NCBI GenBank assembly: GCA_964016885.1
Contig: OZ024741.1
Coordinates: 83,762,001 to 83,826,000, forward strand
From: Eledone cirrhosa
Taxonomy: Eukaryota
Reading direction: 5' to 3'
Length of the DNA stretch: 64,000 nt
Shown piece after piece: positions 48,400 to 62,599 of this stretch. The notes beneath the pieces are model-generated. The model did no database searches, had not been told where the DNA came from, and worked only from the letters and a program-made list of their open reading frames with translations. A program made the translations under genes and the position numbers. Within the stretch, counting starts at the first letter, position 1. Every line of letters begins with the position of its first letter.

Positions 48400-49400
48400 A
48401 TTCGTGGAAGATCTAGAAGGTGATAGCTATGAAAAACGTCAAATTACAAGTGTACGCTAGATGTTGAACAGCGGGGCTTTCTCCTCGGATGCCACATGGT
48501 ACAGCCGACCAGATATTCACTCTGTGGCAGATCTGCGAGAAATCGTGGGAGTATTGACAAGAGGTATAATCATTTTTGATGTCCTCGAAAACGCATATGA
48601 CCGTGTTTCTTGTGACCTGCTGTAGTGCTGTAGATGGTTGTGCTGGAGTATGCGTTCGTTTGTCAGTTTCATGCTACCCTGAAATCTCTATACGAATACC
48701 CCACTATTTGTGTTCGAATAAATGGTGCTAGATCGAAGCCATTCAGTGTGGGACTTTGATTCCACCAATGGTGCGTACTGTCACCTCTCTTGTTCATTAT
48801 TTACATGAACAGGATTAACATACACAGTCGGGTTGTGAGTGGTATTCTGACTGGCGGATGTATAATCTGTCGCCAAGTATTTGCAGACGACATGGTGTTA
48901 CTTATCCCAACTGAGGTTAACGCTGGAGACTGGATTAAATGCATGAATTGCAGGAGCTCGTGTACTAATGCGCCAGCTTCAGCATTAAGAAAAGAGCAGA
49001 AGGGAAGTAGGCATAAAAACCAATCTCGCTAGCTTATATTCGGTATCCTTGCCAAACATTAGCTCGGAGATCAGAAAATCACTCAAGGTCGAGTCGCTAC
49101 TTCAACGAATTGAGAGATCACAGCTCCGTTGCTATGGGCATGGGGTTAGAATGTCTCAGTAAAGTATCGCTAGACAGATTAAACGGGAAAACTCAACCTG
49201 CAAGAAACGCAGTGGTAGATCCCGAGTAAGCTGGTTGAATAATATCCATGATCTTGGCTTGTCTCGCTTGGGGATCCAGCCGGATCAGTTGGAGACGGTT
49301 GCTTCTAACAGAATCCGCTGGAAAGTGTGTTTGGGGACTCTGCTCCCACGACCCTCTAAATAATAAGTGAACGAAGACGACGAAGAAACGATGAAGAAGT
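48400..49400 (+). mobile_element. Decayed RTE-clade LINE (RT plus 3' end)
   Basis: LENAYDRVS, VRINGARSKPFSVG, HQWCVLSPLLFIIYMNRI, VFADDMVLL, followed by a GAA/GAC-rich tail at about 49375-49400. Confidence 0.8.
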
Positions 49401-49718
49401 AGCTAGGACATTACTTGTTTAATTAAGAAAATTATTGTTTTTTTTTATTTCGGATTAAGTCAAATCCTGTAAAGTGGCCTTCCAAAACAACTTATATGTA
49501 TATCGGATTATCAAGATGATCATTAGTTGGACACAGTTATTTGTGATGTTTAGCGTCAACATTCTCGGTTCAGAGTTGAAATCTGAGGAGATAACTTTTC
49601 CATTCATATTTCCGGGGTTTATAAAATATAGTACCAGTTAAGTACTGCGGAGAACACAAGCGACATTTCACGCCCATCTAAATGGCGATTGTTTATACAT
49701 CTGCGTATACACACACAC

Positions 49719-50020
<302 letters not shown>

Positions 50021-53000
50021 AAATTTTGCTCTGGTACTTACATAGAGCACTCTTCACTCATATGACTTTTTCAATTTTCAACGGAAACTTCAATACTTAT
50101 ATATATATATATGTGTGTGTGGGTGTGTGTGTGTGGGGGTATTTGTGTATGTGTGTGTGTCTGTATGTGTGTACTTCTGTGTGTGTGTGTGTGCGTATGG
50201 TTGTCTCTGATTCGGTAGTTCAAAGCTTCGATCAAAACAGAAATCGATAAAATAAGAAAGAGTCTAGAAACAAAATGTAAGAAAAATGAGAACTTGGTGC
50301 CTTCCTATCTTATATATCACTTCAAAAATGTGATCCAGCATGGCCCCAGTCCAATAATAGAAACAGTAAAGGATATTAGCGTAAGAGAATAAACAATACT
50401 AAATGTAAACCAAAGACAATCACTGGCCTGATGTAAATAGGTTTGTTAATGTAGTCAGGTGTTGCAAATTTAGGATTTGAAATATCAATGCACTGATAAG
50501 CAACATTAATCAAAATGGAATCCTACGTGCATTTTTCTCTCTGTCTTCGACTAACTCTCATCATGATATATTTCTTACTTTCTTTTGCCTATCTCTCCCC
50601 TGTTTACTTTGTCCTTCTGCTCCCTTGCTTCATTTCTTTCCGTCTTTTTAAAACCATTCTAATACATTTGCATTTCATTCAATCTAATACTGTTCAAAGT
50701 TAAAAGAAAAATCTAGAACTAAAACAGAAAAAAAATAATTTTTGAAAAAGAAATATTTATATTTTCTTTAAACTCACTCATATTGTAAATAGAAAACCAA
50801 TTTTATTGATTTTTTCAATCATTCTGTCACTATCTTTTAAACATTTCGAAAGATAATTGATTAAGCAAACCTTTCATTATTTCTTTACATTTTTCATTTT
50901 TGTGTATTTATAGGAATTACTGGGCTGTTTTACTGTCATTATACAGAATATATGTATTTCAGAATATATATTTTCTATTATATATCTTCTTTTTTGGGTT
51001 CTATGTATTCTTTAGAAAAATATATTCTTTGTATAGAAGTTCAGATCAACACAGTGACGAACGTTCTAGAATGAAACTTACCTTACAGATATTCAAATGC
51101 GTATATTTTACTTATTAGGGTCACGAAGAATCTTGTGGTTAAAAGATTTGCTGTGCAGAAACTTCTGCAGGTTTTACCACTCATATATATGTTGACAAAT
51201 CCCTTGAGAATAGATGCCTTCCATATGTTTGTGTGTGTTTATTTATGTATAAATATTTCTATGAATATATGTATTTATGTATACACCCACAATCCTATAT
51301 ATATGTATATATTTATAGGTACATCAATATATATAATTTATATATTTTTGTGTGTATCTATAAAGTATGTATAAAATTAAGTTTGTAGTATATATATATA
51401 TATACTTGCAAAAAGGAAAAACGAAATCAATCCTAATCTACAATAGATACAGAAATTTATATAACAACATATGTATATTTATTTATAAAAAAAGAGCAGA
51501 ATAATGTAGATAAAAATGTCCTTATTTTGTTTCATCGTTTTGTTTTCAAATATTCAACTATAGGAAAATAATTTTATAATATAAGAACCTATACAGAATG
51601 TTTTCAAAATAATGAGAAATATATAATTTGCTTTAGAGCTCTGAAAAACGAAATTGTTATTATATTCCGAGCATCAGTTAGATGGAAAAACTGCCACACA
51701 CAAAGAAGATGAAAAACAATTATAATAACAACTCAAAAGTTATATGCATATATATACTACTTTGTTGAAATGATTGGAAGTTTAACTATAGCCTTTGAAG
51801 TCCATTGGAGGTTATTTTGTTTGATAGAGTTAGGAGAAATGAAATGACCCCATCGAACGACGGAAACACTGTTTCCATTGGTCATTTAATTGCTGATACT
51901 CTCTGTCGGTCGCAATTACTGGCGGGATGTTCAACGTGTATTAAGTTCAAGAACTCAAATTTCCTTCTGGACTAGAAATCGAAATCCATATCACTCTTTA
52001 ATGATCATGTTTAACAGTCTAAACATAAGGCCACGCAGCGTTAACATTCCGTTTAAAATGGCGAGGCTTTGCAACTCCAGGGAAATCATTAACTGAGCAA
52101 AATTTCCAGAGAATCAACATTTCTAGGAAAAGTAGGCTTGCCGCAAAGAAGATTGTAGTATCAGTTGATGGGCAGGGATGTTTATGCACAATGCACTAGG
52201 GACATATAGGGACACAAAATATACACTGTATTATTCTGTCCAGTAGTTATCAAAATGTGGTCATAAGCAGTTTTCGTTTCTTGTTTTTATTGCTAATCAT
52301 ATTAATAAAAGTGGAAAAATCCTAGAATATATTGTCACAAATTATAATACTGTTGGGATAAAAACGCGCATAAACATGCATATAACAATTCTAATTTTAT
52401 CAAAATTAATATTTTCAATTGAAAACATATTACTGTTTTTTTTTTTTAATCAGCATGTTATGATAATTAAATAATGCCTAATAATTGTTTTTGATTTTCT
52501 AATTTAGCCATCATGCTAGGTGAATATTCACATGTGGATATTTAATAGGGTGGAACCATGACGGCTGCTTCGATCCAGTTATCGTTGCAACAATGTCCAC
52601 ACCCACTTTTTGAGACATCAATTGAAATAGCAAAATTAAAATCCAATTGAGAAAACCATAACGTTAAATATTTAGTTTACTGAAGCAGGAATAAACTGCG
52701 ATATAAATGATATTTTGGATCATCCATCCATTCAGACAATGTTGGTTACAGCGGTTTGTTTAACGGAACATCTTCCACATAAAATTGACATGGAAATGGA
52801 TGAACTTTCGAAGGATATATATACCCTTAACACAATTTCCAGGTTGATTAAAACTTGTGACAGTGTGTTTGACAAGATTGGCGTTTTAAATTATAGGTAC
52901 AACACATATTTGCTAAGTGAAAGAGAGATACGTGAAATATATTATCTTTCTCAAGAATACAATACGCCATCAGAAATGGAATCCTAGCTTTTACGATAGA

Positions 53001-53268
53001 GAACCGAACTCTCTAAAAATTACTATATATATTATTATAGATATAAATTATGCATAATCTTTAATGTAAGTAATATCTATATATTCAGATTATTTTCAAC
53101 CTTGTCATATGTATTACAAAACACAGTTAGTGTTGTTTCTGTAATATTTCGCATAAGTGTGCTGTGATAGAGGGTGTATTCGCTTATTATTGCCATTGAG
53201 CTTTATACAGAACAATTGAATCAAAATGATTTTATTTCGATTTAATTTTGCTTGTCTCTCCCACCCCA

Positions 53269-53391
<123 letters not shown>

Positions 53392-55109
53392 AAGAATCAA
53401 AGAACTGTTCAAAACATTATTGTATTATTGTGCTTACAGCTGTTTCCTCCAAACCGAGGTTTGGATTCTTCGGAGCAATTTATTAATGCATAGACTGTTA
53501 TATGACCTCCTTTTCAGCCAAGAGACATACCGATACATATGCAAATATTGTGGGTCAACATTCATTACAGAATTTAGAGTGGCAGTACACACTTCGAGAT
53601 TACATTCATATTAAGAGGTACAATCAAAAATCAAAAATACAGGTTAAAATACAACATGAAGATAAGCGGTTATATAGTGCAAAAGTTATATGTGTGGCAC
53701 GCATGTGCGTCTTGTTTATATAGTGTGGCAGAGAGATATGTGTGGTAGAAGCACTTAGGTAGGTAAACAAGAGTGTTAGGTTGGTAGATCTGGTGGCAAA
53801 TTTTTTATATGATTGATAAAGTCTGTGTGTGGAGAAATGATATAAGCATTAAAAATAGTGCAAGCATTAAAAGTGTTAAAAGTATTGGAGATGCACAGCG
53901 AAGGGATGTCAAGTAATTCATGTACTTCGACATTTTCATGGTCAGGGGAGTGTATTTTTCGATTATATGCCCCTCACATAATCCACGACAATTCGATATT
54001 GAGCGTTTGACAATCCAGTTAGAGAATCGTAGTCTGGTGTTCATTAGTTCAATACAGGAGGCTGTTACGTTTAGAGAAACGCAATTGAATACCACCCGGA
54101 AGTGTGTGTGTGGCTAAGGGGAGTTAATGCATGCGGGGAGGTAACTCCGGGGTTTCTATACCTAGCTATTAAAATGTGTCACAATGTAGACCCTAATTTC
54201 TATGGTGATGCGCAACCTCCAAAAAAATTTATAAAGCATAAGGTGTATTAACTATAGAGTAGTTTAATTAAGTTATGCTGAAGGTGTTCATATTATTATG
54301 GTAGATTAACCCCCATCGTAAGGTGCCACAAACGGATATTATAGATGATGAGCGAGGATTCTAAATTAATGATCTCTGTGGTTGTAGTCCACTCATAGGA
54401 CCAGGCGCGGTGATTGCAGCATTGCTTCAGGACCCAATGATCTCTGGTAAGTTCTGGGTCATCGCTTGCTACATTGGATGTCGAAAGATAATCATCCCCA
54501 GGCCGGCCAGAGGTCAATCCGCAGTCCTCGCGACCCCTCACTGACCGCCTGATCATCCATATATGTACAACCCGCACGCCAGTTGCAATGCATTCACTCA
54601 CCGCGCTCAGCATCCTGGTCATACTGCTCAACAGCGTTACTAGATTAAATCGTTTTTCATCTGTCTAAGGAAGGTGCTTCCTCTGCACGACACCATCGAA
54701 CCGATCAATTCATGCTTAAATTACCTATAGAGCGGTGTAGTGCCGTTCAAGTGGGTGGATGTTGTTACACCTGACGTAGAGGCATAAATGGGTATTCTCC
54801 CTGCGAAGGGTTCCAGAGGGATGTCGTTGTTTGTGTTATATTAGATCAGTTAGTGTTAGGTATGTAGTATAAGGTGTGCCTCTGGTGTTTGATGCTAGAT
54901 GTGGTGTTAGGTTCCAGTCCGACATTGCTATATATTGGGCTTAAAGTTTTGGAAGGAATGTCTGAAGCGGTGCTGGCAAGTTGCAAACACCTCAGATTTT
55001 TTGTTAAGTAGGTTACATTACTGCCTACCACTATTTAGGGTGTATATATAAAAAATACTTATAACTGCATAAGGTTTTGTATTTACATAACCATAAATAG
55101 TGTAACTAA

Positions 55110-55182
<73 letters not shown>

Positions 55183-55519
55183 GCACACACGCGCGCACAG
55201 ACGCATGAATAAGTATATATATATATATACATACATATTTTATATATATATATGTACGTGTGAGTGGTGTGAGCGTGTATATGCGCATGTGTACATTATA
55301 ATGATTATCATGTGTTTGATATGCCTGTCGGTATTCATCAATAATTAACTGAGAAGTATCTGTACACTCATCAACAATAACTTCAGCATTATATTTCAAC
55401 TAAACTCTAGATCATATTCTGACTATTGTCATTTTCAATAGATTATGATTGGCTAAAAAGTGATATTATAACCTCTGATATATATTCAACGAAGGTTTTC
55501 TATTTTGTTGTACATATAT

Positions 55520-55565
<46 letters not shown>

Positions 55566-55566
55566 A

Positions 55567-55644
<78 letters not shown>

Positions 55645-55772
55645 CGGATGTGTGTGTGTGTGTGTGCAAGTGTGTGTATGTATATATCTCAACCGATCTA
55701 TCTATTCGAGATACAGGTTTTCACAAAGAGAGATTTATATACATGCATACATACATATACGTACACATACAG

Positions 55773-55855
<83 letters not shown>

Positions 55856-58795
55856 TCATATACAACAGAACTATACATATACACATGCACATATGTACTA
55901 TTCATTTTTTTTCTCTCTTACCCGTATGTATTCGCTGCAAGAGATTATTGGCAATTGCTGTTAAAAAACTATATTCATCATTCTTTAAGGATTTCTTTTG
56001 AAACTAAATGACATGATTCATGGAACAATAATAGCAAGACTTTCTCTACAATTAGCTCTGATTTACTTTTATCTTATTCCGCTGCTTTGTCAGGCATTTG
56101 CAATTCTAGCAACACCTCTTCCCTCCATTCAAACTCAAAATTACGTGAAATTCCTGAATAAAGTAAATTTATAACTAGCAGAGGTCATTTTGGTCTCTAT
56201 TTCTCTTTATTTCTTTTTTGTTTTTACTTCTCTCTCTTTATATCTCTCTTCCTCCTCTCTCTATATTCTCTGTATCTATTTATCGGTCTGTCAACTAATC
56301 TCTATATTTCTTCTTCTTGTTATCCTACAGAAATTGGCTTACTTATGAAACGGTATTACTACTTTGTTGTTTCTTCCTCTTGTTCTTTACTGCGTTTTAA
56401 ACGGGCTAGGTGATGATTTAAAGTTGCATATTTCTATCGATTATTAAGGATGAGGAGAAAAAGAGATTGAGGCCTTTTATCATTGGTATTCTATATATTT
56501 CCATTCCATCAATATTAATATCGAATGGTAATAAAGTGCAACTGACCTAACCAGCATTTTGTAATTAGCTAATGAGGGAGACTGTAGGAGATCGATAGAT
56601 TTTCTTGCAAATAGAGCCTCGTCTACCTGCAATTACTCCTACCGTTGTACAAAATAGGAAGACCAACTTCGATAATGTTGGCCTGTATATTAAGCATAAC
56701 GTGATCATGATTGCAATGTCTTTGATCATAGGTCTTCCTGTATACGAACAAACATATTGTTTAGCAGCAATTTGCATAATCATATCTCCTTCAAATCCTT
56801 CACTACCTTGTTGTACAATGAATGACGGAATAGTTAATGTGCGAAATGTGTTATAGACTTAGCCGGAGTGTCTTTGATCACAGATCCTTCTGAATCGAAG
56901 TTGACTTGGGGTTGACCAGCAACAATAATTCTACTTAAATAAAACCCTGAAAAATGAAAGAGTGTATGGATATCGTAGACCTAAATCCATTATGTCGAAA
57001 TAGAAGATGGTCAGAGTAGCTATGATCTGGGGGCAAACAACATCAGAAATGACAACAAAACCACACTTGTAAATGGAAATGCAGATTACATTCAGTATGT
57101 AAGCCAATTGAGTCCGAAACTGACATGTGATTAAACAATAAGAACAGGAAACAAAACTAACAACAGCAGCATCAATATGAACATCTTTATCTAATGATGT
57201 ATAATTGTTGTTTTCGCCATGTTTTAATTGCGTTTGCTACCTTCATAATAAACGTAACAATTGTTATTTCTACTGGACTCAACATGAGTAATAAGAAGAG
57301 GAATGAGGAGTGAGATGAGAATGTCTGCGTAGGTTGGCCATATTCACCATCATTAGAGGGGAAGAGATCACGGTAGAAGTTGCAGAGGTATACAGCATAC
57401 CTATTTGCCAACGCTTGGAGAATGTCAATGTCTTTGTAGAAGGTCATTTATTATTGATGTTGAAGTAATTTTTTTGTTCTGAGAAGAAGTTGCGTTTTAA
57501 GAATGTGAAAGGCTACATTTAAATATGTTCCATTATTTCTATGATTTAAGGTAGTAATAATTCCTAATTTTAGTAATTCAAGCAATTACATGAGAAATAG
57601 ATAGAACCAAACTTTAGCAATTCCTGAAACCACGAATGTATTCCTTCAATGTTGTCCAATTTGCTTTCAAAAAGTTCACGTTGCAAGGGGAAACATTTTT
57701 TCATCTTTTGTAATGTATATATACAGAACCACAAAATCAAACGCATAGTATGACAGTATGACCAATTCAAATGTGTGATTGGTGATATTATCGGAATAGT
57801 TAAAAGGAATAATAGGCTGGTCATTTCTAACACTTTTATACATATACAAAAACAAAAATCACATATCCAGTATTAACTGAATAATTTGTCCTGTGATAAT
57901 ATCAGAATATTTTGTTGAATTTGTTTATGATTTTATTTCAAATATATTAACACATATGACATATCTTTTCATGAATTGTTTTGTTTTTTTTCAGATATAT
58001 TAACACAAATATAAAAAATAACAAAGCCCCACTTTCATGGTATCACGGTATCACCAATTGAATTATAAGCAAAATACGACTATTAGAATATTGAAACAGA
58101 ATAACAATGATCTTTCTTAACTATTTTAACGTATAGAACAACAAAACAAACGTAGAATATCATAGTATCACCAATCGCAATTGAAATATAAGAGCAATGT
58201 GAATATCAGAACTGTTAAATGCAATAATAGAAGGATTTTTTAAAAGTAGTTTAACATACAGAGCAACAAAAACAAATATAATATCATCAATTCGCGCGTG
58301 TGATCTGTAATGAAATCAAAGTAGTTGGAATAACGGAATGGTGATATTTTTTATAATATATATTAACACTGAGAACAAAAGAAAAAAAAACAACAAAAAA
58401 TAAACACGACAGATATAATTGTTTCTTGAAGATATGCCTAGTTATATATCTGCATCTGACATTTAAGATTTTTCAGCTGTGATATTTACCTTTTGATACA
58501 GAACTCTCGCTCACATCTCTCACTCCATCTCTAACTACTCTCTCACTACTCACTTTCTCGCCCACCACATGATTCTCATGACACCTACCATAACTTTCGT
58601 TTTGTAAAATGAGAAAGATGAGGAAGATTATCCTATAATGTTTTCTATCAAATATACATAAACACACTCGATTACAAACATACATATACATGCATATATA
58701 GAGTCACATAGATCAATATATATATCCATCTATGTATGTATGTATGTATATATAAGTGTGTATATATATTATTAAATGTTAGAGATAGCATATAC

Positions 58796-58925
<130 letters not shown>

Positions 58926-59068
58926 GACCCTCCCCAAGTATAACAATATATATTTATATGTATGTATGCAAGAGATGTCAACATGAGTGGACCTGTTATT
59001 TTTATCTAAAGACTTTTTTTCAAATTCCATCCCGCCCGTCCCCGTAATCTAACTTATTTCTCATTCTT

Positions 59069-59104
59069 TCTTCTGACGAAGGACCAGCGTCCGAAACGTT
59101 AAGA
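59069..59104 (+). ncRNA. Minimal type I hammerhead ribozyme
   Basis: UCUU-CUGACGA-A-GGAC-cagc-GUCC-GAAA-CG-UU-AAGA, with palindromic AACGUU stem III. Confidence 0.8.
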
Positions 59105-59164
59105 CCCTCTTCCTGCTATATCATTAACATAATATATCCCTTCCATATACTGTACCTATTGTGT

Positions 59165-59218
<54 letters not shown>

Positions 59219-59221
59219 TAT

Positions 59222-59608
<387 letters not shown>

Positions 59609-60105
59609 ACTAAAAATTGAAGAACATAAATAAACATGAATAATAACAGGAGATAATTTTTACAAGTGTGTAAGCACACATAGCTAGGTAGGTAACTAAA
59701 TAAAGTTAACCAGAACTTCAAAAATAGATACCTTATAATATGATTAATATTCCCTGTATATATTCCATTAAAGAAATATATTTCACCAATTAATCGAATG
59801 GTAAACCATGGAGGCCGGTACTTGGATTTTCAACACGGAAGAAGTCGAGTGATCTATGTTTACACTTCAAGTTCAAATCAGCGACTGGCCAGCAACACGT
59901 GCTGTATCTACTAGAAATACACACATCATACCAGCTTCATCACAAAATTATCTCCTGTGATTATTCATGTTTATTTATATGTTAATCAATTTCTAGTTAT
60001 TATAAAATGCTCGGACATATTCGTCAGAATCTTAGAGCTTATTTTGCGGGTGATATGGCGCATGTCTTTTTGGCATGACACCGATAATTTTGATTATCTT
60101 AATTT

Positions 60106-60151
<46 letters not shown>

Positions 60152-60682
60152 GAAATAGCGAAGCGTGGACTGGATTCCTAGCCATTGAGAAAATCACTGC
60201 CTCTACGTCTGTGGCAAATTCAAAAAGAATCAATCACGTGACATCGAGGTCAATCAGTGGAAAGCGAGTGGTTAATAAGACAGCGGCCAGCCTACTACCA
60301 TAGTAGCAGTCATGGCCAAATATTGCTCGACAAATGAATTGGAGATAATTATAAGGAATGTATATCTAGTAACATTTATATACACACAGATGCATATCAA
60401 TGCTAGCAAATATATAGGTTTTGTCTTATTAACATTGTGGTTCAATGCATTGGGTTGCAGAACAATAATATGAGAGACGTAAAATAAGAGAATTATAAAA
60501 TTAACTTACTTACTAAAAATGTCACGTGATTGATTCTTTTTGAATTTGCCACAGACGTAGAGGCAGTGATGTTCTTAATGGCTAGGAATCCAGTCCACGC
60601 TTCGCTATTTCCTTTCCACTAAATTATTTTTTTAATAAGTTTCCAGAGTCCTCGCTATGCCTGGAGACTTACACGGAAAAAG

Positions 60683-60765
60683 ACTTTCCTGATGACGGAA
60701 TGGTTTTCTATATGTTTCTTCGGAAAATATATTTACTCCATTCCAGAAACTAATTAGTTGGAAGT
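60683..60765 (+). ncRNA. Type I hammerhead ribozyme (copy 1)
   Basis: ACUUUC-CUGAUGA-C-GGAAUGG...cUUCGg...CCAUUCC-A-GAAA-CUAAUUAG-UU-GGAAGU. Confidence 0.82.
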
Positions 60766-61206
60766 GATTTTTTAGTAAGTAAGTTAATTTTATAATTCTC
60801 TTATTTTACGTCTCTCATATTATTGTTCTGCAACCCCATGCATTGAACCACAATGTTAATAAGACAAAACCTATATATTTGCTAGCATTGATATGCATCT
60901 GTGTGTATATAAATGTTACTAGATATAAATTCCTTATAATTATCTCCAATTCATTTGTCGAGCAATATTTGGCCATGACTGCTACTATGGTAGTAGGCTG
61001 GCCGCTGTCTTATTAACCACTCGCTTCCCACTGATTGACCTCGATGTCACGTGATTGATTCTTTTTGAATTTGCCACAGACGTAGAGGCAGTGATTTTCT
61101 CAATGGCTAGGAATCCAGTCCACGCTTCGCTATTTCCTTTCCACTGAATTATTTTTTAATAAGTTTCCAGAGTCCTCGCTATGCCTGGAGACTTACACGG
61201 AAAAAG

Positions 61207-61289
61207 ACTTTCCTGATGACGGAATGGTTTTCTATATGTTTCTTCGGAAAATATATTTACTCCATTCCAGAAACTAATTAGTTGGAAGT
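61207..61289 (+). ncRNA. Type I hammerhead ribozyme (copy 2)
   Basis: Same sequence as 60683-60765. Confidence 0.82.
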
Positions 61290-61730
61290 GATTTTTTAGT
61301 AAGTAAGTTAATTTTATAATTCTCTTATTTTACGTCTCTCATATTATTGTTCTGCAACCCCATGCATTGAACCACAATGTTAATAAGACAAAACCTATAT
61401 ATTTGCTAGCATTGATATGCATCTGTGTGTATATAAATGTTACTAGATATAAATTCCTTATAATTATCTCCAATTCATTTGTCGAGCAATATTTGGCCAT
61501 GACTGCTACTATGGTAGTAGGCTGGCCGCTGTCTTATTAACCACTCGCTTCCCACTGATTGACCTCGATGTCACGTGATTGATTCTTTTTGAATTTGCCA
61601 CAGACGTAGAGGCAGTGATTTTCTCAATGGCTAGGAATCCAGTCCACGCTTCGCTATTTCCTTTCCACTGAATTATTTTTTAATAAGTTTCCAGAGTCCT
61701 CGCTATGCCTGGAGACTTACACGGAAAAAG

Positions 61731-61813
61731 ACTTTCCTGATGACGGAATGGTTTTCTATATGTTTCTTCGGAAAATATATTTACTCCATTCCAGAAACTA
61801 ATTAGTTGGAAGT
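61731..61813 (+). ncRNA. Type I hammerhead ribozyme (copy 3)
   Basis: Same sequence as 60683-60765. Confidence 0.82.
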
Positions 61814-61979
61814 GATTTTTTAGTAAGTAAGTTAATTTTATAATTCTCTTATTTTACGTCTCTCATATTATTGTTCTGCAACCCCATGCATTGAACCACA
61901 ATGTTAATAAGACAAAACCTATATATTTGCTAGCATTGATATGCATCTGTGTGTATATAAATGTTACGAGATATAAATT

Positions 61980-62040
<61 letters not shown>

Positions 62041-62120
62041 AAAGGTAAACAGAAATAACAAGACAATCGGTACAGTATATGGAATGGATATATTAGGTTA
62101 ATGATAGATCAGGAAGAGGG

Positions 62121-62156
62121 TCTTAACGTTTCGGACGCTGGTCCTTCGTCAGAAGA
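62121..62156 (-). ncRNA. Minimal type I hammerhead ribozyme (inverted twin of 59069-59104)
   Basis: TCTTAACGTTTCGGACGCTGGTCCTTCGTCAGAAGA is the exact reverse complement of 59069-59104. Confidence 0.8.
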
Positions 62157-62199
62157 AAGAATGAGAAATAAGTTAGATTATGGGGACGGGCGGGATGGA

Positions 62200-62260
<61 letters not shown>

Positions 62261-62599
62261 TAAATAAACGTGTGTGTGTATGTGTGTCATAGTTTAAGTC
62301 ACTCATCTTACACACGATCTCTAATGAAGGAGAAACAATGTCGTTAATCACCAGAAACCTGCACAGCTTAAACAGACTGAAGTGTTCTAAATATTTCTTT
62401 TATTTACTTTGTATTACTCATGCTTTTGATTTATTCATAATTACAGGGGGAAAGAAACCGCAAGAGAGCTCTTTCAAACACCTGAGCCGACCGAGTAATC
62501 TGCGATATTGTGTGTGCTTCTGTAATGGAAGGCATGCTGGTAGGACTGTTTCGGAAAAGCATGGAACACAAGGTACGGATGATCTTTCTAGATAGGGTG

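Larger units (their letters stand above)
60151..61984 (+). repeat. Young retrozyme-like tandem array: 524-bp unit, about 2.8 copies, plus an inverted 0.7 copy
   Basis: CTGATGA cores at 60689, 61213 and 61737 (exact 524-bp period). Units are near-identical, the inverted copy spans 60151-60520, and (TA)n flanks both sides. Confidence 0.9.

Noticed and set aside
52715-52987. 90-aa non-repetitive ORF
   Set aside because: No recognisable motif or splice support; it cannot be assigned.
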